Notes: generated by a model from the letters alone, not told the origin. A DNA stretch of 64,000 bases from Candidatus Bathyarchaeota archaeon (GCA_963733095.1 CAVTBV010000001.1:157951-221950); one strand, 5' to 3'. Counted from the first letter of the stretch, positions 40,488 through 51,776 are shown. Program-made: numbers and translations.

Positions 40488-41679
40488 ACTAACCGTAATG
40501 ATGCTAAGTTGGGAGTATCCGCCAAGAGTAATCGGAGGCATCTCACCCCACATCTACTTCCTATCCAAACATTTAGCTAAACAAGACGTAAAAGTTTACG
40601 TAGTAACTTGCGATTTCCCGGGTGCACCCGCTCATGAAGTGATAGATGACGTAGAAGTTTACCGTATAGATTCCTACAAAAACCCTGCACCTGACTTCGC
40701 CACATGGGTTTACCTCATGAACATGAACATGCAGCGGGAGACAGCAGCGATAACCAGAAAAATCGCCGATAAAATCGACGTTTTCCACGCCCACGACTGG
40801 CTTGTGGCAAACGCAGGAATCGGTCTAAAGCATGTTTTTCGAAAACCTCTCTTGGTAACTATGCATTCAACCGAGATGGGCAGGCGAGACGGGTTGCATA
40901 CCACAACCGAAAAAATGATTCATGAAACCGAAGCCTGGCTCACCTACGAGGCTTGGAAGGTAATTTGCTGCAGTGACTACATGATTTCCCACGTAAAATA
41001 CGTCTTCGGATTGCCAAGCGACAAGCTAGTTATGGTTCCAAACGGAGTAAACACTCACAATTATGACGTTAACGAAGATTTGCGGGATTTCAGAAGCAAG
41101 TTTGCTTTGCCCGAAGAAAAAATCGTACTCTACGTCGGACGCTTAGTTTACGAAAAAGGCATCCACGTATTAATTAACGCGGTGCCAAAAATCCTCAGTA
41201 AAGCTAACGCTAAATTCATTATCGTCGGCAGCGGTTACATGAAAGAGCAGCTCTTAAACATTGTACGTAGCATGGGGTTGGAACATAAAGTGCTCTTTCA
41301 AGGTTTCCTAGATGAACCAACACTGCTAAAGCTTCAAAGAATTGCGGATGTGTCTGTTGTGCCCTCGCTGTTTGAACCCTTCGGTATAGTTGCACTTGAA
41401 GCGATGGCTGCCAAAAGCCCCGTCGTTGCATCTGACACCGGCGGATTATCAGAAATAATCGAACATGACGTTACAGGCGTCAAGGTATACCCCAACAACC
41501 CCGACTCTTTGGCTTGGGGCATATCAAAAGTGTTGCTAGACGAAAACTACGCCCGAAGCCTCAAAGACAACGCGTACAGGCGGGTTCTAGAAAAATATGA
41601 TTGGGAAAAAATCGCTCAGCAGACCAAGCGCATTTACGAGGGGGTTTTAGGCGAGTACTCAAAGAGTTTCTGGGCTTAA
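40477..41679 (+). CDS. GT4 glycosyltransferase (glycogen/alpha-glucan synthesis context)
   Basis: SWEYPP, HAHDW, VGRLVYEKG, PSLFEPFGIVALEAMA. Confidence 0.93.
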   Translation: MKDKLTVMMLSWEYPPRVIGGISPHIYFLSKHLAKQDVKVYVVTCDFPGAPAHEVIDDVEVYRIDSYKNPAPDFATWVYLMNMNMQRETAAITRKIADKIDVFHAHDWLVANAGIGLKHVFRKPLLVTMHSTEMGRRDGLHTTTEKMIHETEAWLTYEAWKVICCSDYMISHVKYVFGLPSDKLVMVPNGVNTHNYDVNEDLRDFRSKFALPEEKIVLYVGRLVYEKGIHVLINAVPKILSKANAKFIIVGSGYMKEQLLNIVRSMGLEHKVLFQGFLDEPTLLKLQRIADVSVVPSLFEPFGIVALEAMAAKSPVVASDTGGLSEIIEHDVTGVKVYPNNPDSLAWGISKVLLDENYARSLKDNAYRRVLEKYDWEKIAQQTKRIYEGVLGEYSKSFWA

Positions 41680-41691
41680 CCAAGAAAAAGC

Positions 41692-43062
41692 CTATTTCCC
41701 AATGACTCGAACATTTTCAACTTGTAGCCACGGTGAAATCAACTGCCCCATCTGACGCTCATTAGAACCAACAACACTTATGTTTTTAATAAATTCAAAA
41801 ATGTTGCCCGCCAGCATAATTCCCCGGGAACAGTGGGTTATTTCTCCATTCTTGATTTTCCACGCTGGGGTTGCGACGACTGAGAATTCGCCGCTTATGG
41901 GGTTGCTGCTATGGGCGCCTTGCAGATAATAGACGATTAAACCGTCATCTACTTCTTTTAGCATTTCGTCTGAGGTTTGTTTTCCGGGCATGATGTGGAA
42001 GTTTGTGGTGTCGATGCTGGGGGTTGAGAGATATCCAGCTCTCGATGCGTTACCGGTGCTCTCTTTTCCATCCTTTCTTGCCGAGTAATTGTCATACAGG
42101 AAATTGCGCAAAATACCTTTCTCTATTACTGTTGTTTTTTGACGTGGCACTCCTTCGGCGTCAAAAATCCCTGTTCGCAATCCACCCACGAATAAGCCGT
42201 CGTCGTTGATGGTTAGGTTTTCTGAAGCGACTTTTTCCCCTATTTTTCCTTTAAACGGCGATTGACCTCTCTGGACGCTATCTGCCCTAATCGCGTTGAT
42301 GAGTGTGTAGGCTAAAAGGTCCTGTAGCGCGAACTGTGTCAGGATAACTTTTCCTGATTTGGTTTCTACCGAACTGGTTTTCAGGGCTGAAAGCGCCATT
42401 CTCGCAGCTTGCTTTCCAACCCATGTGGGGTCAAGGTCATAGGTTCTTGCTGCGTTAAACTCAAAGCAGACCGGCGTTACCGTGTTGTTTTCTTTAGCTA
42501 ACGTTGCTACACTGCACTCAATCATCGTTCCCTTGTCGAAGCCTGTTACTCCGTTAGAGTTGGCGATGGCATCAGAAACGTAACCACTGCCCACGCCGCC
42601 TTCGATTGGGAAAACTCGTTTGTCAACTTGGCCTGCGGCATCCAGCATTGTTGCAGCAATTTGGACAAGGTCTTCTGAGCTTAATGCAACAATTTTTTTG
42701 TCAAAGGTCTTCACGGTTGAGGTGTAGGGTTTCTTTTGTGGGAGCCCATTCCAGTCGGGGTCAGGTTTGCTTGCTCTTGCTGCACTCAACGCGCTATCAA
42801 CTGCTTTCTCGAGAGCGTTTTTGTCATCCACGATGTTGGTGTACGCAAACCCAACTGCTTTGTTAGTGGCTACTCTTATGCCTAAGCCACGGTCGATTAT
42901 CCTGTTGGTTTTGCTGATTTGCCCCAGTTCAATTCCGATGTTCGAGGCTTGCCCCTCATAGACGTAGGCTTCAGCTTCTGCCGCGCCCTTGTTGAGAGCT
43001 GCCTTCACAGTATTCTCAGCCAAACTAATCATAATGTTCTTTTCAAGCACTGCCACCGACAA
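41692..43062 (-). CDS. TldE/PmbA family protein
   Basis: GLGIR, FDAEGVP, STGNA, SGEFS; no HExxxH. Confidence 0.92.
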   Translation of the reverse strand: MSVAVLEKNIMISLAENTVKAALNKGAAEAEAYVYEGQASNIGIELGQISKTNRIIDRGLGIRVATNKAVGFAYTNIVDDKNALEKAVDSALSAARASKPDPDWNGLPQKKPYTSTVKTFDKKIVALSSEDLVQIAATMLDAAGQVDKRVFPIEGGVGSGYVSDAIANSNGVTGFDKGTMIECSVATLAKENNTVTPVCFEFNAARTYDLDPTWVGKQAARMALSALKTSSVETKSGKVILTQFALQDLLAYTLINAIRADSVQRGQSPFKGKIGEKVASENLTINDDGLFVGGLRTGIFDAEGVPRQKTTVIEKGILRNFLYDNYSARKDGKESTGNASRAGYLSTPSIDTTNFHIMPGKQTSDEMLKEVDDGLIVYYLQGAHSSNPISGEFSVVATPAWKIKNGEITHCSRGIMLAGNIFEFIKNISVVGSNERQMGQLISPWLQVENVRVIGK

Positions 43063-44428
43063 CCACCTCGCTTATTCTAATGTGCGGTCCACCATCACTA
43101 ATAAAAGCTGTCTGCCCTTTGCCGCATCGACCGGGGTCCAAGAGGAAATCCTTTCCTACAGCATCCACCTCATGTAACGTTTCCAAAGTATTTCCGCTTA
43201 TCGACGCGTTACGAACGGGTGCGCCGATTTCGCCTTTCTCTATCTCATAGCCCTCTTGGATGCCCACTTGGAAGGTGCCATCAAGGTTTGCTTGTCCGCC
43301 CCTGAAACTCTTAAAATAATAGCCTGCTTTCACACCCTTGATTAGTTCTTCGAAGGTTTGGTCTCTTGGTGCCATGTACGTGCAGCGCATTCTTATGATT
43401 GGTTCCACACGGAAATCTTCCGCTCTTGCGTTTCCAGTGGGTTGCGCGTTGAATTTCTGTGCAGTTTCGCGGTTATGCATTAAGCCCGTCACGACACCGT
43501 CTTTTATGAGGAGCGTCTTTTGGCTTTCAACTCCCTCGTCGTCATACTTGAATGCTCCAAACGCGCCATCAATGGTGCCATCGTCATAGAAAGTTACCAA
43601 GTTGGAACCGATTTTCTTTCCAAGGTTGTTGGCTAATACGCCGCCTGATAGAGCCAAATCTGCTTCGGCTAAATGTCCAAATGCCTCATGCACAAAAACT
43701 CCAACGACATTGGGACCTAAAACAACGGGGAATTTTCCTCCTTTCGGGGATTTGGCGTTTAACTGTTCGATGGCTCGTTTCGCAACTTTCTCACCTAACG
43801 CTTCGGGGGCTTGTTTGTCGAATAGTTCATAGCCTTCGGTGGAGCCGATTTCTTCGCGGCTAAAAGTGAAAACACCCTCAGCTACGGCTGAAGCAGTCAT
43901 TCTTGCCCAAACATACAGTTTATCCTGTTCAATGCTTGAGCCTTCACTGTTCATAAAGAAACTAGTACCCGTTAAATCAAAGTAGTCTATTGAACAGCTT
44001 TTGATTCGCTTGTCAAATTCCAAACTCGTCTTGTTTACTGCTAGGACAGTTTTTATTTTATCTTCCATCTGGATATCCGCTGGGTTTTTCTTCGGTTTGG
44101 ATAAAACGTGGTCATCCACGACTTTGACGTCTGCAAGCTTAATGGGCCTTTTCAGTCTTGTACTTACAAGTTTCGCCATCCTACACGCGTCCGAAACAGC
44201 ATCTTCCAAAATTGCGGAATCCAATGAACCCACGGAAGCAAAACCCCACGCGCCATTCACGAGTACGCGTATGGCAACGCCGTTTTCGATGCCTTGTTTG
44301 GCGGCTTCCACACGTTCCTCTTTTAGGCTGAGGCTGGTTTTGTAGAGTTTTTGGGCTCGCGATTCAGCGTATTGTGCTCCGAACTTTTGGGTTGCTGTAT
44401 TGTTGATTTTTGTTAGAATGTCTTTCAA
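43043..44428 (-). CDS. tldD: TldD metalloprotease
   Basis: [35 protein letters not shown]. Confidence 0.94.
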   Translation of the reverse strand: MKDILTKINNTATQKFGAQYAESRAQKLYKTSLSLKEERVEAAKQGIENGVAIRVLVNGAWGFASVGSLDSAILEDAVSDACRMAKLVSTRLKRPIKLADVKVVDDHVLSKPKKNPADIQMEDKIKTVLAVNKTSLEFDKRIKSCSIDYFDLTGTSFFMNSEGSSIEQDKLYVWARMTASAVAEGVFTFSREEIGSTEGYELFDKQAPEALGEKVAKRAIEQLNAKSPKGGKFPVVLGPNVVGVFVHEAFGHLAEADLALSGGVLANNLGKKIGSNLVTFYDDGTIDGAFGAFKYDDEGVESQKTLLIKDGVVTGLMHNRETAQKFNAQPTGNARAEDFRVEPIIRMRCTYMAPRDQTFEELIKGVKAGYYFKSFRGGQANLDGTFQVGIQEGYEIEKGEIGAPVRNASISGNTLETLHEVDAVGKDFLLDPGRCGKGQTAFISDGGPHIRISEVVVGGSA

Positions 44429-44496
44429 GGGTAACCGGTCCTTTTCAAACTAGAATTGTTTGTGGGAATTAAACAATTTGCTCAATTTTTGCTGGC

Positions 44497-45795
44497 TTAC
44501 CAGAAATCACTCATGCTCTTCTGCTTGACCGTTGGCTGAATCCGTTTGGGCTTACTTTTAACTGGCCGTGGCGCATCTACGCCTAAGACGAGTTGACCGT
44601 ACACGCCGTCGTAGCCTGGAGTAACTTTGGCGGAGCCATTCCTCACTTTAAGAATCGCCTGCGCCGTCGGTGCATCCACTACCTGAACCAGCGCATCCAA
44701 CGGCGCATCAATCAGAACAGAATATTCGTTACCAAACTTCTCTATCAGTGCATTGTACTTTTTCCAAACCGCCTGAGTAGCAGGAGAATCAGATCCAAGC
44801 ACTGTCGCGATGATCTCTGAGAGCGGAAGCAATCGCATAAACCCAGGCGTACCCTCACGCTTAAAATCTGCAGGTCGGTCGGCGAGCTCTTCGACGCGTT
44901 GCTCAACACCCTTTGTGAGTGGTCTGCGGCAAACAGGACAGATGTTGCCGAATTTTATAGCTTCAGCGGGCGAGAGCGAGATTTTGCAGTTGCGGTGTCC
45001 CGTCCAATGGTATTTGCCGTAGGCAGGGTCAGTTTCGATAGTGAACTTGAACCGCGAAGAATCATTGGATAGTATGGCGTCGGTGACTTCTTTGTAGCTG
45101 AATTTATCCAGTTCAAAGACATTGGCTTCCCTGCCGATGCGCCATGGCCAAAAACTGTGGCAGTCACTGTTCGAAACCAGCGTGTACCGGTCGAGTTTGC
45201 TTAGGCGCCAGTTCATAGGCGGGTCAGACGACAAGCCCGTTTCCAATGCATGGATGTGTTTTGTCATGTCTTGGTAGCAGTCTTCAACGGTGTCAAAGCC
45301 ACTGAAGGCACCAAAAATACTAAACCAAGGAGTCCACGCGTGAGCTGGAAAAATCATGTTCTCCCCTGAAACCTCCATGACTTCTTCAACGAGTTGTGGA
45401 GCGGTCATGTTGAGGATGGGTCTGCCGTCTGAGCTTAAACTGCCAAAACTTTGCAAGTGATCATTGATTTGGCTGACGATTTCCAAACTGGGTGTTAGGA
45501 TGACATTGTGGATTTTTCTTGATTCGCCCTTATAGTTGAAGATGGTGCAGACTTCTGTTGTAAGCATAAAACGCATTGGAGAGTCTGAATTGGCCAATTT
45601 GAAGAGGCCTGTTTCTTGGTCTGCCTCAAGGGTTTCTGTGATTTCTTTGAGCCACTCTGGATGCGTAAAGTCGCCCGTGCCTACAAGGTTTAATCCCTTA
45701 ATTTTTGCATACTTTCCGATTTCAGAAATGCTCATTTGCTCGCTTGTTGCTCGGCTGAAACGCCCGTGAATGTGCAAGTCGGCTATGACTCTCAT
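44497..45795 (-). CDS. endoQ: Endonuclease Q (PHP domain, TIGR00375 family)
   Basis: ADLHIHGRFS, GTGDFTHP, PAHAWTPW, SNSDCHS, GKYH, CPVC; ATG at 45795. Confidence 0.9.
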   Translation of the reverse strand: MRVIADLHIHGRFSRATSEQMSISEIGKYAKIKGLNLVGTGDFTHPEWLKEITETLEADQETGLFKLANSDSPMRFMLTTEVCTIFNYKGESRKIHNVILTPSLEIVSQINDHLQSFGSLSSDGRPILNMTAPQLVEEVMEVSGENMIFPAHAWTPWFSIFGAFSGFDTVEDCYQDMTKHIHALETGLSSDPPMNWRLSKLDRYTLVSNSDCHSFWPWRIGREANVFELDKFSYKEVTDAILSNDSSRFKFTIETDPAYGKYHWTGHRNCKISLSPAEAIKFGNICPVCRRPLTKGVEQRVEELADRPADFKREGTPGFMRLLPLSEIIATVLGSDSPATQAVWKKYNALIEKFGNEYSVLIDAPLDALVQVVDAPTAQAILKVRNGSAKVTPGYDGVYGQLVLGVDAPRPVKSKPKRIQPTVKQKSMSDFW

Positions 45796-45875
45796 GTTGA
45801 TCCGCCAATTCCTAGCGTCGCGTCTTTGCATTTTAAGGCTTTGCTGTGTTAGCGCAAAAATTGGTGAAGGGAGGT

Positions 45876-46442
45876 TTACTGTGTTTTCTCTTTTAGCTTT
45901 ATAGTCCATTCTGCGAGTGTTTCAAGCAGTTGGCGTATGAGTTGGAGTGTTTGTTCGTTGGTTATGTTTCCGTTAGAGTCAACGTTATGTGCTGCATCCG
46001 ATAGCATGACTTCGGGCTTGTTAACTGGTTGCATGTTGAGGAAAATGAACGATTGCCTCAGATGATATTGGGCTCGTGCTCCACCAAACCTTCCCACTGA
46101 GGCGCTCATGATGGCGACGGGTTTGCCTTCCAAAGGCGTATCTGCTCTTGGTCTTGACGCGCAATCAAGGGCGTTTTTGAGCACGCCCGACACTGAATAG
46201 TTGTATTCGGGGGTTGCGATTAAGAGCGCATCGACCGCTCTGATTTTATCCTTGAATTCCTTGACTCTTTGTGGTGGGTTGGCTTCAAATTCCTGATTGA
46301 ACGGGGGAATGCCTTCCAAATCAAAAACTTCGATTACCATATTTTCGGGTGCTAATTCTACTGCGGCGCGGATTAGGTCTTTGTTGTATGAGTTTTTTCT
46401 TAGGCTTCCCGCGAAAGCCAGAACCTTAATCTTTTCATTCAT
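45876..46442 (-). CDS. NADPH-dependent FMN reductase
   Basis: GSLRKNSYN, ATPEYNYSVSGVLKNALD, GGARAQYHLRQ. Confidence 0.94.
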   Translation of the reverse strand: MNEKIKVLAFAGSLRKNSYNKDLIRAAVELAPENMVIEVFDLEGIPPFNQEFEANPPQRVKEFKDKIRAVDALLIATPEYNYSVSGVLKNALDCASRPRADTPLEGKPVAIMSASVGRFGGARAQYHLRQSFIFLNMQPVNKPEVMLSDAAHNVDSNGNITNEQTLQLIRQLLETLAEWTIKLKEKTQ

Positions 46443-46569
46443 TGAAAGCCACCCGATCGGGTTAAAATGAATCAGTATAGCGGATTTAAACTTGTTTACT
46501 TGATTTAGCTGGGTGGTCTTTGATTTTTGTTTGTTTTGTTGATGCTTTCGTATACGAGATTACGCCCAG

Positions 46570-46631
46570 TTTTCAACATAAGATGACTTTTGAATACGCC
46601 ATTGGACTACTCCTCTATGGTTTCTGCAATG
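46570..46631. repeat. Dispersed intergenic element, copy B
   Basis: TTTTCAACAT-N-GACTACTCCTCTATGGTTTCTGCAATG. Confidence 0.6.
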
Positions 46632-46706
46632 AACCTCTATTGGGCTTCTCAAATATGTCGCGGTTGCTGCAATATTCTTTTATTGCTCGCTAAAGCCTGT
46701 TATTCT

Positions 46707-47111
46707 ATGCATGAATGGGCACTAGCCGAAGCAATCCTCTCCACGGCAAAGCAAGTTGCTGAGAGGGAAAACCTAAAGGAAGTTACAGAGGTCACCATAA
46801 AAGTCGGAGAACTTCAGCAGGTTGAGCCGCCGATTCTGCGGTTTGCGCTCTCTCAAATGAAGCCTGAAAGCTTTAAAAAAGCTAAATTTCGTATTTTAAA
46901 GGCTAAATCAACGCTCAAATGTCGAGTCTGCGGGAATACTTGGCAATTTAGCTTAAAAAAACTCGACAAAGCCACCGCTGAGGCCATCCACTTTGTTCCT
47001 GAAGCAGCACACAGTTTTGTGAAGTGTCCTAAATGTGGCAGTCCTGACTTTGAAATCGTCAGCGGACGAGGCGTTTGGCTTGAAGATATAAAAGGGGTCA
47101 AATCTGCTTGA
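46707..47111 (+). CDS. hypA: Hydrogenase nickel insertion protein HypA
   Basis: MHE start, GELQQVE, CRVC..CPKCGS, GRGV. Confidence 0.95.
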   Translation: MHEWALAEAILSTAKQVAERENLKEVTEVTIKVGELQQVEPPILRFALSQMKPESFKKAKFRILKAKSTLKCRVCGNTWQFSLKKLDKATAEAIHFVPEAAHSFVKCPKCGSPDFEIVSGRGVWLEDIKGVKSA

Positions 47112-47854
47112 TTGATCCGCGAACAAGCGTGATTAATAAGCGTTTGGCGTGGATAAGCAGAATTATGGCAGTTTCAAGCGGCAAAGGCGGCGTGGGCAAA
47201 AGTATGGTTGCAACTGCTTTGGCGCTCTCTTTAGCCAAGGAAGGCTGCAGAGTCGGTCTCTTTGACCTTGATTTTACAGGTCCCTCAACCCACATAATCC
47301 TCGGCGCCCCAGCAAACGTACAGCCCAAAGAAGACAAGGGCATCGTTCCACCAACCCTTGAAGGCTTATCTTATATGTCGCTGGTATATTTTGTCGGAGA
47401 CAACCCAGCGCCTCTAAGGGGAGCAGACGTTTCCAACGCCCTCATCGAGCTCCTATCTGTTACCCAGTGGGGAGCACTTGATTTTCTTGTTATCGATATG
47501 CCGCCGGGAATCGGTGATGCGGTTTTAGACCTGGTGCGGTTAGTTGCGCGGATTGAGTTTCTGATTGTAACAACTCCATCGCTTCTGGCTTTTGAAGTCG
47601 TCAAAAAACAAGTAGCACTCCTGTGCGAGCTCAAGATGCCTGTAATCGGCATAGTTGAAAACATGAAGATGAACCACTCAAACTGTATCCAAGTGGAAAC
47701 CCAGAAACTGGGACTAAAGTACCTTGGCGCGATTCCCTATGACCCCCAAGTTGAAGCAGCCATCGGCAACCCAACAAAACTGCTCGACACAGCCATGGGC
47801 AAAACGATGCCACAATTAAAAATTACCAAAAAAGTGTCCAGAAATGTCCTGTAA
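47108..47854 (+). CDS. Mrp/MinD-family ATPase, probable ATPase-type HypB
   Basis: IDPR start, SGKGGVGKS, DLDF, PLRG, DMPPG, ENM; no Mrp CxxC; overlaps hypA. Confidence 0.85.
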   Translation: MIDPRTSVINKRLAWISRIMAVSSGKGGVGKSMVATALALSLAKEGCRVGLFDLDFTGPSTHIILGAPANVQPKEDKGIVPPTLEGLSYMSLVYFVGDNPAPLRGADVSNALIELLSVTQWGALDFLVIDMPPGIGDAVLDLVRLVARIEFLIVTTPSLLAFEVVKKQVALLCELKMPVIGIVENMKMNHSNCIQVETQKLGLKYLGAIPYDPQVEAAIGNPTKLLDTAMGKTMPQLKITKKVSRNVL

Positions 47855-48566
47855 AGCAGTAATCTTCGACTACATAGGAACATTGGTGAAATGCAAAAAC
47901 TACACCATGGACGCCTCAAAACTAAAACTCCACTCTGCGCTTGTTGCTGAAGGCTTAAAAGTTGATGAAGCCGCTTTTTTGGCTGCCTACGATTTAGCGC
48001 ATGAAAAATACCGCCAAGTACGCTACGAACAACTGCGGGAAGTAACCAACGCGGTTTGGGTGGCAGAAGCTTTGAGTAATTTGGGTTTTGAGGTTTCGGC
48101 GGATGACTGCCATATTAAATGTGCCTTGAACGTTTTTTTCAAAGATTTCATAGATACCCTTGAGCTAAGGGAGGGTGCGAAGAAACTAATCAAACACGCC
48201 CAAAGTCAGGGCAAGGTGGGTTTAATCTCAAACTTTACCCACGCACCCGTCATCTATAAGAGCTTGAGAAAAGTTGGAATCAGCGAGTTTTTCAATGTGG
48301 TTGTCGTTTCAGAAGAGGTTGGGTGGAGAAAACCCAGCATCCGCATATTCGAACAGGCTCTAACAGCGCTCAAGGTCCAAGCAGCCGAGACGGTCTACAT
48401 CGGAGACAGCCCTAACGAAGACATCAAAGGGGCCAAACAAGCAGGACTGAAAACAATCTTTGTCACCTCGCAATTCAATACATTAAAAGACCTCAAAGCC
48501 AGTCAGCAAGAACCAGACTTCATCGCTAAAGACCTTCAATCAATCCTTAAAGAACTTGCGAAGTAA
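47844..48566 (+). CDS. HAD family hydrolase
   Basis: FDYIGTL, ISN, RKP, IGDSPNEDIKGA. Confidence 0.92.
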   Translation: MSCKAVIFDYIGTLVKCKNYTMDASKLKLHSALVAEGLKVDEAAFLAAYDLAHEKYRQVRYEQLREVTNAVWVAEALSNLGFEVSADDCHIKCALNVFFKDFIDTLELREGAKKLIKHAQSQGKVGLISNFTHAPVIYKSLRKVGISEFFNVVVVSEEVGWRKPSIRIFEQALTALKVQAAETVYIGDSPNEDIKGAKQAGLKTIFVTSQFNTLKDLKASQQEPDFIAKDLQSILKELAK

Positions 48567-48691
48567 ACAGCGGGTTGGAGAAAATCACATTTACCAAATT
48601 TTGGTCGACGCACTCTTGCATGTTTAGCAGCCTCACAAACATTTTATACGTCTCCCACACAAAATAAGTTTGATTTATCGGAGAGAAAAAA

Positions 48692-49213
48692 ATGTACCAA
48701 AATCAAGTTCAGAATAAACCAACAGCAGCGTATATAGTTTCACTTCTCGGCGGAATTCTAGGTTTACTTGGTTCAATAGCGTTAATAGCACTCGGCGCAA
48801 CGGCGTTCTCTGCTTACAATTCGTACACAGGCTACTATGGTGTCTACACTCCTTTTGGCTTGGGGTGGACTCTACTAATTGGATTAGGCGCGTGGATGCT
48901 CATAACATCTATACTTATCATTATATTCGCACATAGGCTCAACTCTAACCCAATAGAGCATACCAAATGGGGTGCACTTATCATTGTATTCTCAATCATT
49001 GGGGTGGGAGGGCTCTTAGGATTAATCGGAGGCATCCTGGCCTTAGTCTACAAACCCATACTCGTCGGTGCGCCTCAACAATACGCACCCCAACCACAGG
49101 CGTATGGTCCACCACCACAGCAACAACCAATGACGCGCGTATGCCCTCAATGCGGAAGAATCGTCCAGGTAAACGAACGCTTCTGTCCTAACTGCGGCAA
49201 ACAACTATACTAG
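48692..49213 (+). CDS. Membrane protein with C-terminal zinc ribbon
   Basis: Three to four TM helices, Pro/Gln linker, CPQCG..FCPNCG. Confidence 0.82.
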   Translation: MYQNQVQNKPTAAYIVSLLGGILGLLGSIALIALGATAFSAYNSYTGYYGVYTPFGLGWTLLIGLGAWMLITSILIIIFAHRLNSNPIEHTKWGALIIVFSIIGVGGLLGLIGGILALVYKPILVGAPQQYAPQPQAYGPPPQQQPMTRVCPQCGRIVQVNERFCPNCGKQLY

Positions 49214-49305
49214 CACAAATAAACCAAAAGACCATATGGCTTTTGGATACCAACTTTTTTAATTTTAAAATGCCAAAAAAAATTTAAAACAAAAAAAGAA
49301 GAGAA

Positions 49306-50547
49306 TTAGATTTTCTTGGTCTGAACAGCGTTTTCCAGAGCAACGACGCCTGGCAGTTTTTTACCCATCAAAAACTCTATGAGTGCTCCGCCTGCGGTGC
49401 TTATGTACCCGATTTGTTTCGTTAAGCCGTATTCCTGGATGGCTGCAATGGTGTTTCCGCCGCCTGCTAGCGAGAAGGCTTTGCTGTTTGCGATTGCTTC
49501 GAAGACTTTTTTGGTGCCATAGTTGAATTCTTTGTTCTCATATACGCCCATGGGTCCGCTGACTACGATGGATTTGGCTGCTGAGATGATTTTTACGTAG
49601 GCTTCAACGGTTTTGGCGCCTATGTCAACAGCTGAGTACTCAGTGGGCAGTCCACTCACGTGGAGTTCTTTGCGTTTCCCGTCAACATCCAATGCAACGT
49701 CAACTGGAACCATCACTTTATCGCCATATTGGTCCTCAAGTGCTTTAATGCCTGGAATCAAGCCAGTTAGTTCCTTCTTTGCTAAATAAGTCATGTTTGC
49801 TTTGCCTAAGTCAACGCCTTTAGCTGCCAAAAACAATTGCCCTGTAACGCCGCCCGTAAGTACATAGTCAGCTATGCCGTTGCCTAAAACGTACTTGCTG
49901 ATTTCAAGGCTGTCGTCGGCTTTTGCTCCACCCATAACGTAAACGGATGGCTTTTCAGGTTTTTCCAGAGCTTTGCTGAGGGATTTGAGTTCGCGTTCCA
50001 TTATGCGTCCAGCTGCAGATGGCAACACTGCAGTGAAGCCAACCATGCTGACGTGTCCGCGGTGTGCTGCGGCAAAAGCGTCGTTTACGAAGAGGTCTGC
50101 GAGTGGTGCAAGGTTTTGCACGAGCTCGGTTTTGCTGGCTTCTTCGGGTGTGGTGCTCTTTGTTTCTTTATCCCAACTGCGTACGTTCTCTAAAACCAGG
50201 ATTTCTCCGCTTTTGAGGTTTTTGATGGCGGTTTTGGCTTTGTCGCCGAAGAGGTCTTCGACGTATTTTACTGGGCATTTGAGAATTTTCCCGAGTATTT
50301 CGGCGTGTTCTTTTAGAGTGGTGTAGTCTGGGTCTCCTTTTCTGCCTTGATGCGCAAGAACGACTGTTTTGGCGCCTTTTTCTGCGAGTTCTGTGAGGGT
50401 TGTTTCAGCGTGGGCTCGAATTCGTACGTCACTTGTGACTTTTTTGGTGGCTGGGTCGATTTCTGAGTTAAAGTCAACTCTGACAAGAACCACTTTATCT
50501 TTTACTTGAAAATCGTCTAGTGTTTTGTACTTTGCCATGTTATTCAC
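49306..50547 (-). CDS. pgk: Phosphoglycerate kinase
   Basis: LVRVDFN, AHQGR, LENVR, VNDAFAAAHR, GGAK, GPMGVYE, STAGGA. Confidence 0.97.
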   Translation of the reverse strand: MNNMAKYKTLDDFQVKDKVVLVRVDFNSEIDPATKKVTSDVRIRAHAETTLTELAEKGAKTVVLAHQGRKGDPDYTTLKEHAEILGKILKCPVKYVEDLFGDKAKTAIKNLKSGEILVLENVRSWDKETKSTTPEEASKTELVQNLAPLADLFVNDAFAAAHRGHVSMVGFTAVLPSAAGRIMERELKSLSKALEKPEKPSVYVMGGAKADDSLEISKYVLGNGIADYVLTGGVTGQLFLAAKGVDLGKANMTYLAKKELTGLIPGIKALEDQYGDKVMVPVDVALDVDGKRKELHVSGLPTEYSAVDIGAKTVEAYVKIISAAKSIVVSGPMGVYENKEFNYGTKKVFEAIANSKAFSLAGGGNTIAAIQEYGLTKQIGYISTAGGALIEFLMGKKLPGVVALENAVQTKKI

Positions 50548-50603
50548 TTCTTGTTAATTCAAAAAAGGAAAAGAAAGGATAAATTTAAGATTGTTTTGCT
50601 GTT

Positions 50604-51626
50604 TTAGAGGTTGGCTTTTTTGCCAATCATTTCAATGAAGTCGACCATACGGTTGCTAAAGCCCCATTCGTTGTCGTACCACGCAAAGACCTTCACGAAG
50701 TTGCTCTTTTCACCTAACACCATTGTCAATTGGGCATCGAAAACGCTGCTGTAAGTACTGTGAAGAACGTCTGTGCTGACGATTGGATCTTCCGTATACT
50801 GTAGTATACCTTTAAGTTCGCCTTCTGCGGCTTTCTTCATGGCTTCGTTGATTTCATCTTTTGTGACATCTTTACCTAGGATAGCAGTTAAGTCAACGAT
50901 TGATACGTCGGGGGTTGGGACACGTAGTGAATAGCCGTTCATTTTGCCTGCACAGTTTGGCAAGACTAAGCCGATTGCTTTTGCTGCGCCTGTGCTGGTT
51001 GGGATAATGTTGATTGCTGCGGCGCGTGCGCGTCTTGGATCTTTGTGAACAACATCTTGGATACGTTGGTCGTTTGTGTAGCTGTGACATGTTGTCATGA
51101 GAGCTTTTTCGAGTCCAAAGTTATCTGAGAGGACTTTGCTGATGGGAGCTAGACAGTTGGTTGTGCAGCTGGCGTTTGATAGGATGTTGTGTTTTTCGTT
51201 GTCATAGCTCTTGTCATTGACGCCTAAAACGAAGGTTGCATCTGGGTCTGTTGCTGGAGCGCTGATTAAGACTTTTTTGGCTCCTGCAGCGATGTGTTTG
51301 GATGCGCCTTCACGGTTTGTGAATAAGCCTGTGGATTCGACGGCTAAGTAAACTCCTAGGTCTTTCCATGGGAGTTGCGTTGGGTCTCTTACGCTCAGAC
51401 ACTTGAGTTCTTTTCCGTTAACAACTAGGTCGTTGCCTTTTACTTCCACGGTTCCTGGAAAACGTCCATGAACGGAGTCGTACTTGAGCAAGTTAGCGTT
51501 AGTTTTTGCGTCTGCCAAGTCGTTGATGGCTACAAAATCAATATTTGCGTTCTTTTCAATGGCTGCTCTGTAGAGAAGTCTTCCGATTCTTCCAAAACCA
51601 TTAATTCCAACTTTAATATTCGCCAT
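50604..51626 (-). CDS. gap: Class I (bacterial-type) glyceraldehyde-3-phosphate dehydrogenase
   Basis: [44 protein letters not shown]. Confidence 0.97.
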   Translation of the reverse strand: MANIKVGINGFGRIGRLLYRAAIEKNANIDFVAINDLADAKTNANLLKYDSVHGRFPGTVEVKGNDLVVNGKELKCLSVRDPTQLPWKDLGVYLAVESTGLFTNREGASKHIAAGAKKVLISAPATDPDATFVLGVNDKSYDNEKHNILSNASCTTNCLAPISKVLSDNFGLEKALMTTCHSYTNDQRIQDVVHKDPRRARAAAINIIPTSTGAAKAIGLVLPNCAGKMNGYSLRVPTPDVSIVDLTAILGKDVTKDEINEAMKKAAEGELKGILQYTEDPIVSTDVLHSTYSSVFDAQLTMVLGEKSNFVKVFAWYDNEWGFSNRMVDFIEMIGKKANL

Positions 51627-51776
51627 TAACAATCACCTATATTTGTATGTTTGTACAATCAACTCTGACTTTATTAATTTTCCGACCAAAATGCCGAGGC
51701 TTACCAAGCGTAAACTCACATGCTTAAAAAAGTTTTGCTCTATGACATCTTTAATGTATTATTGTTTAAATACTGA

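Noticed and set aside
45796-46706. N-terminal extensions of EndoQ (to 45909) and HypA (from 46590) in the ORF track
   Set aside because: Family N-termini (MRVIADLH, MHE) start at 45795 and 46707; the extensions overlap another gene or intergenic DNA.
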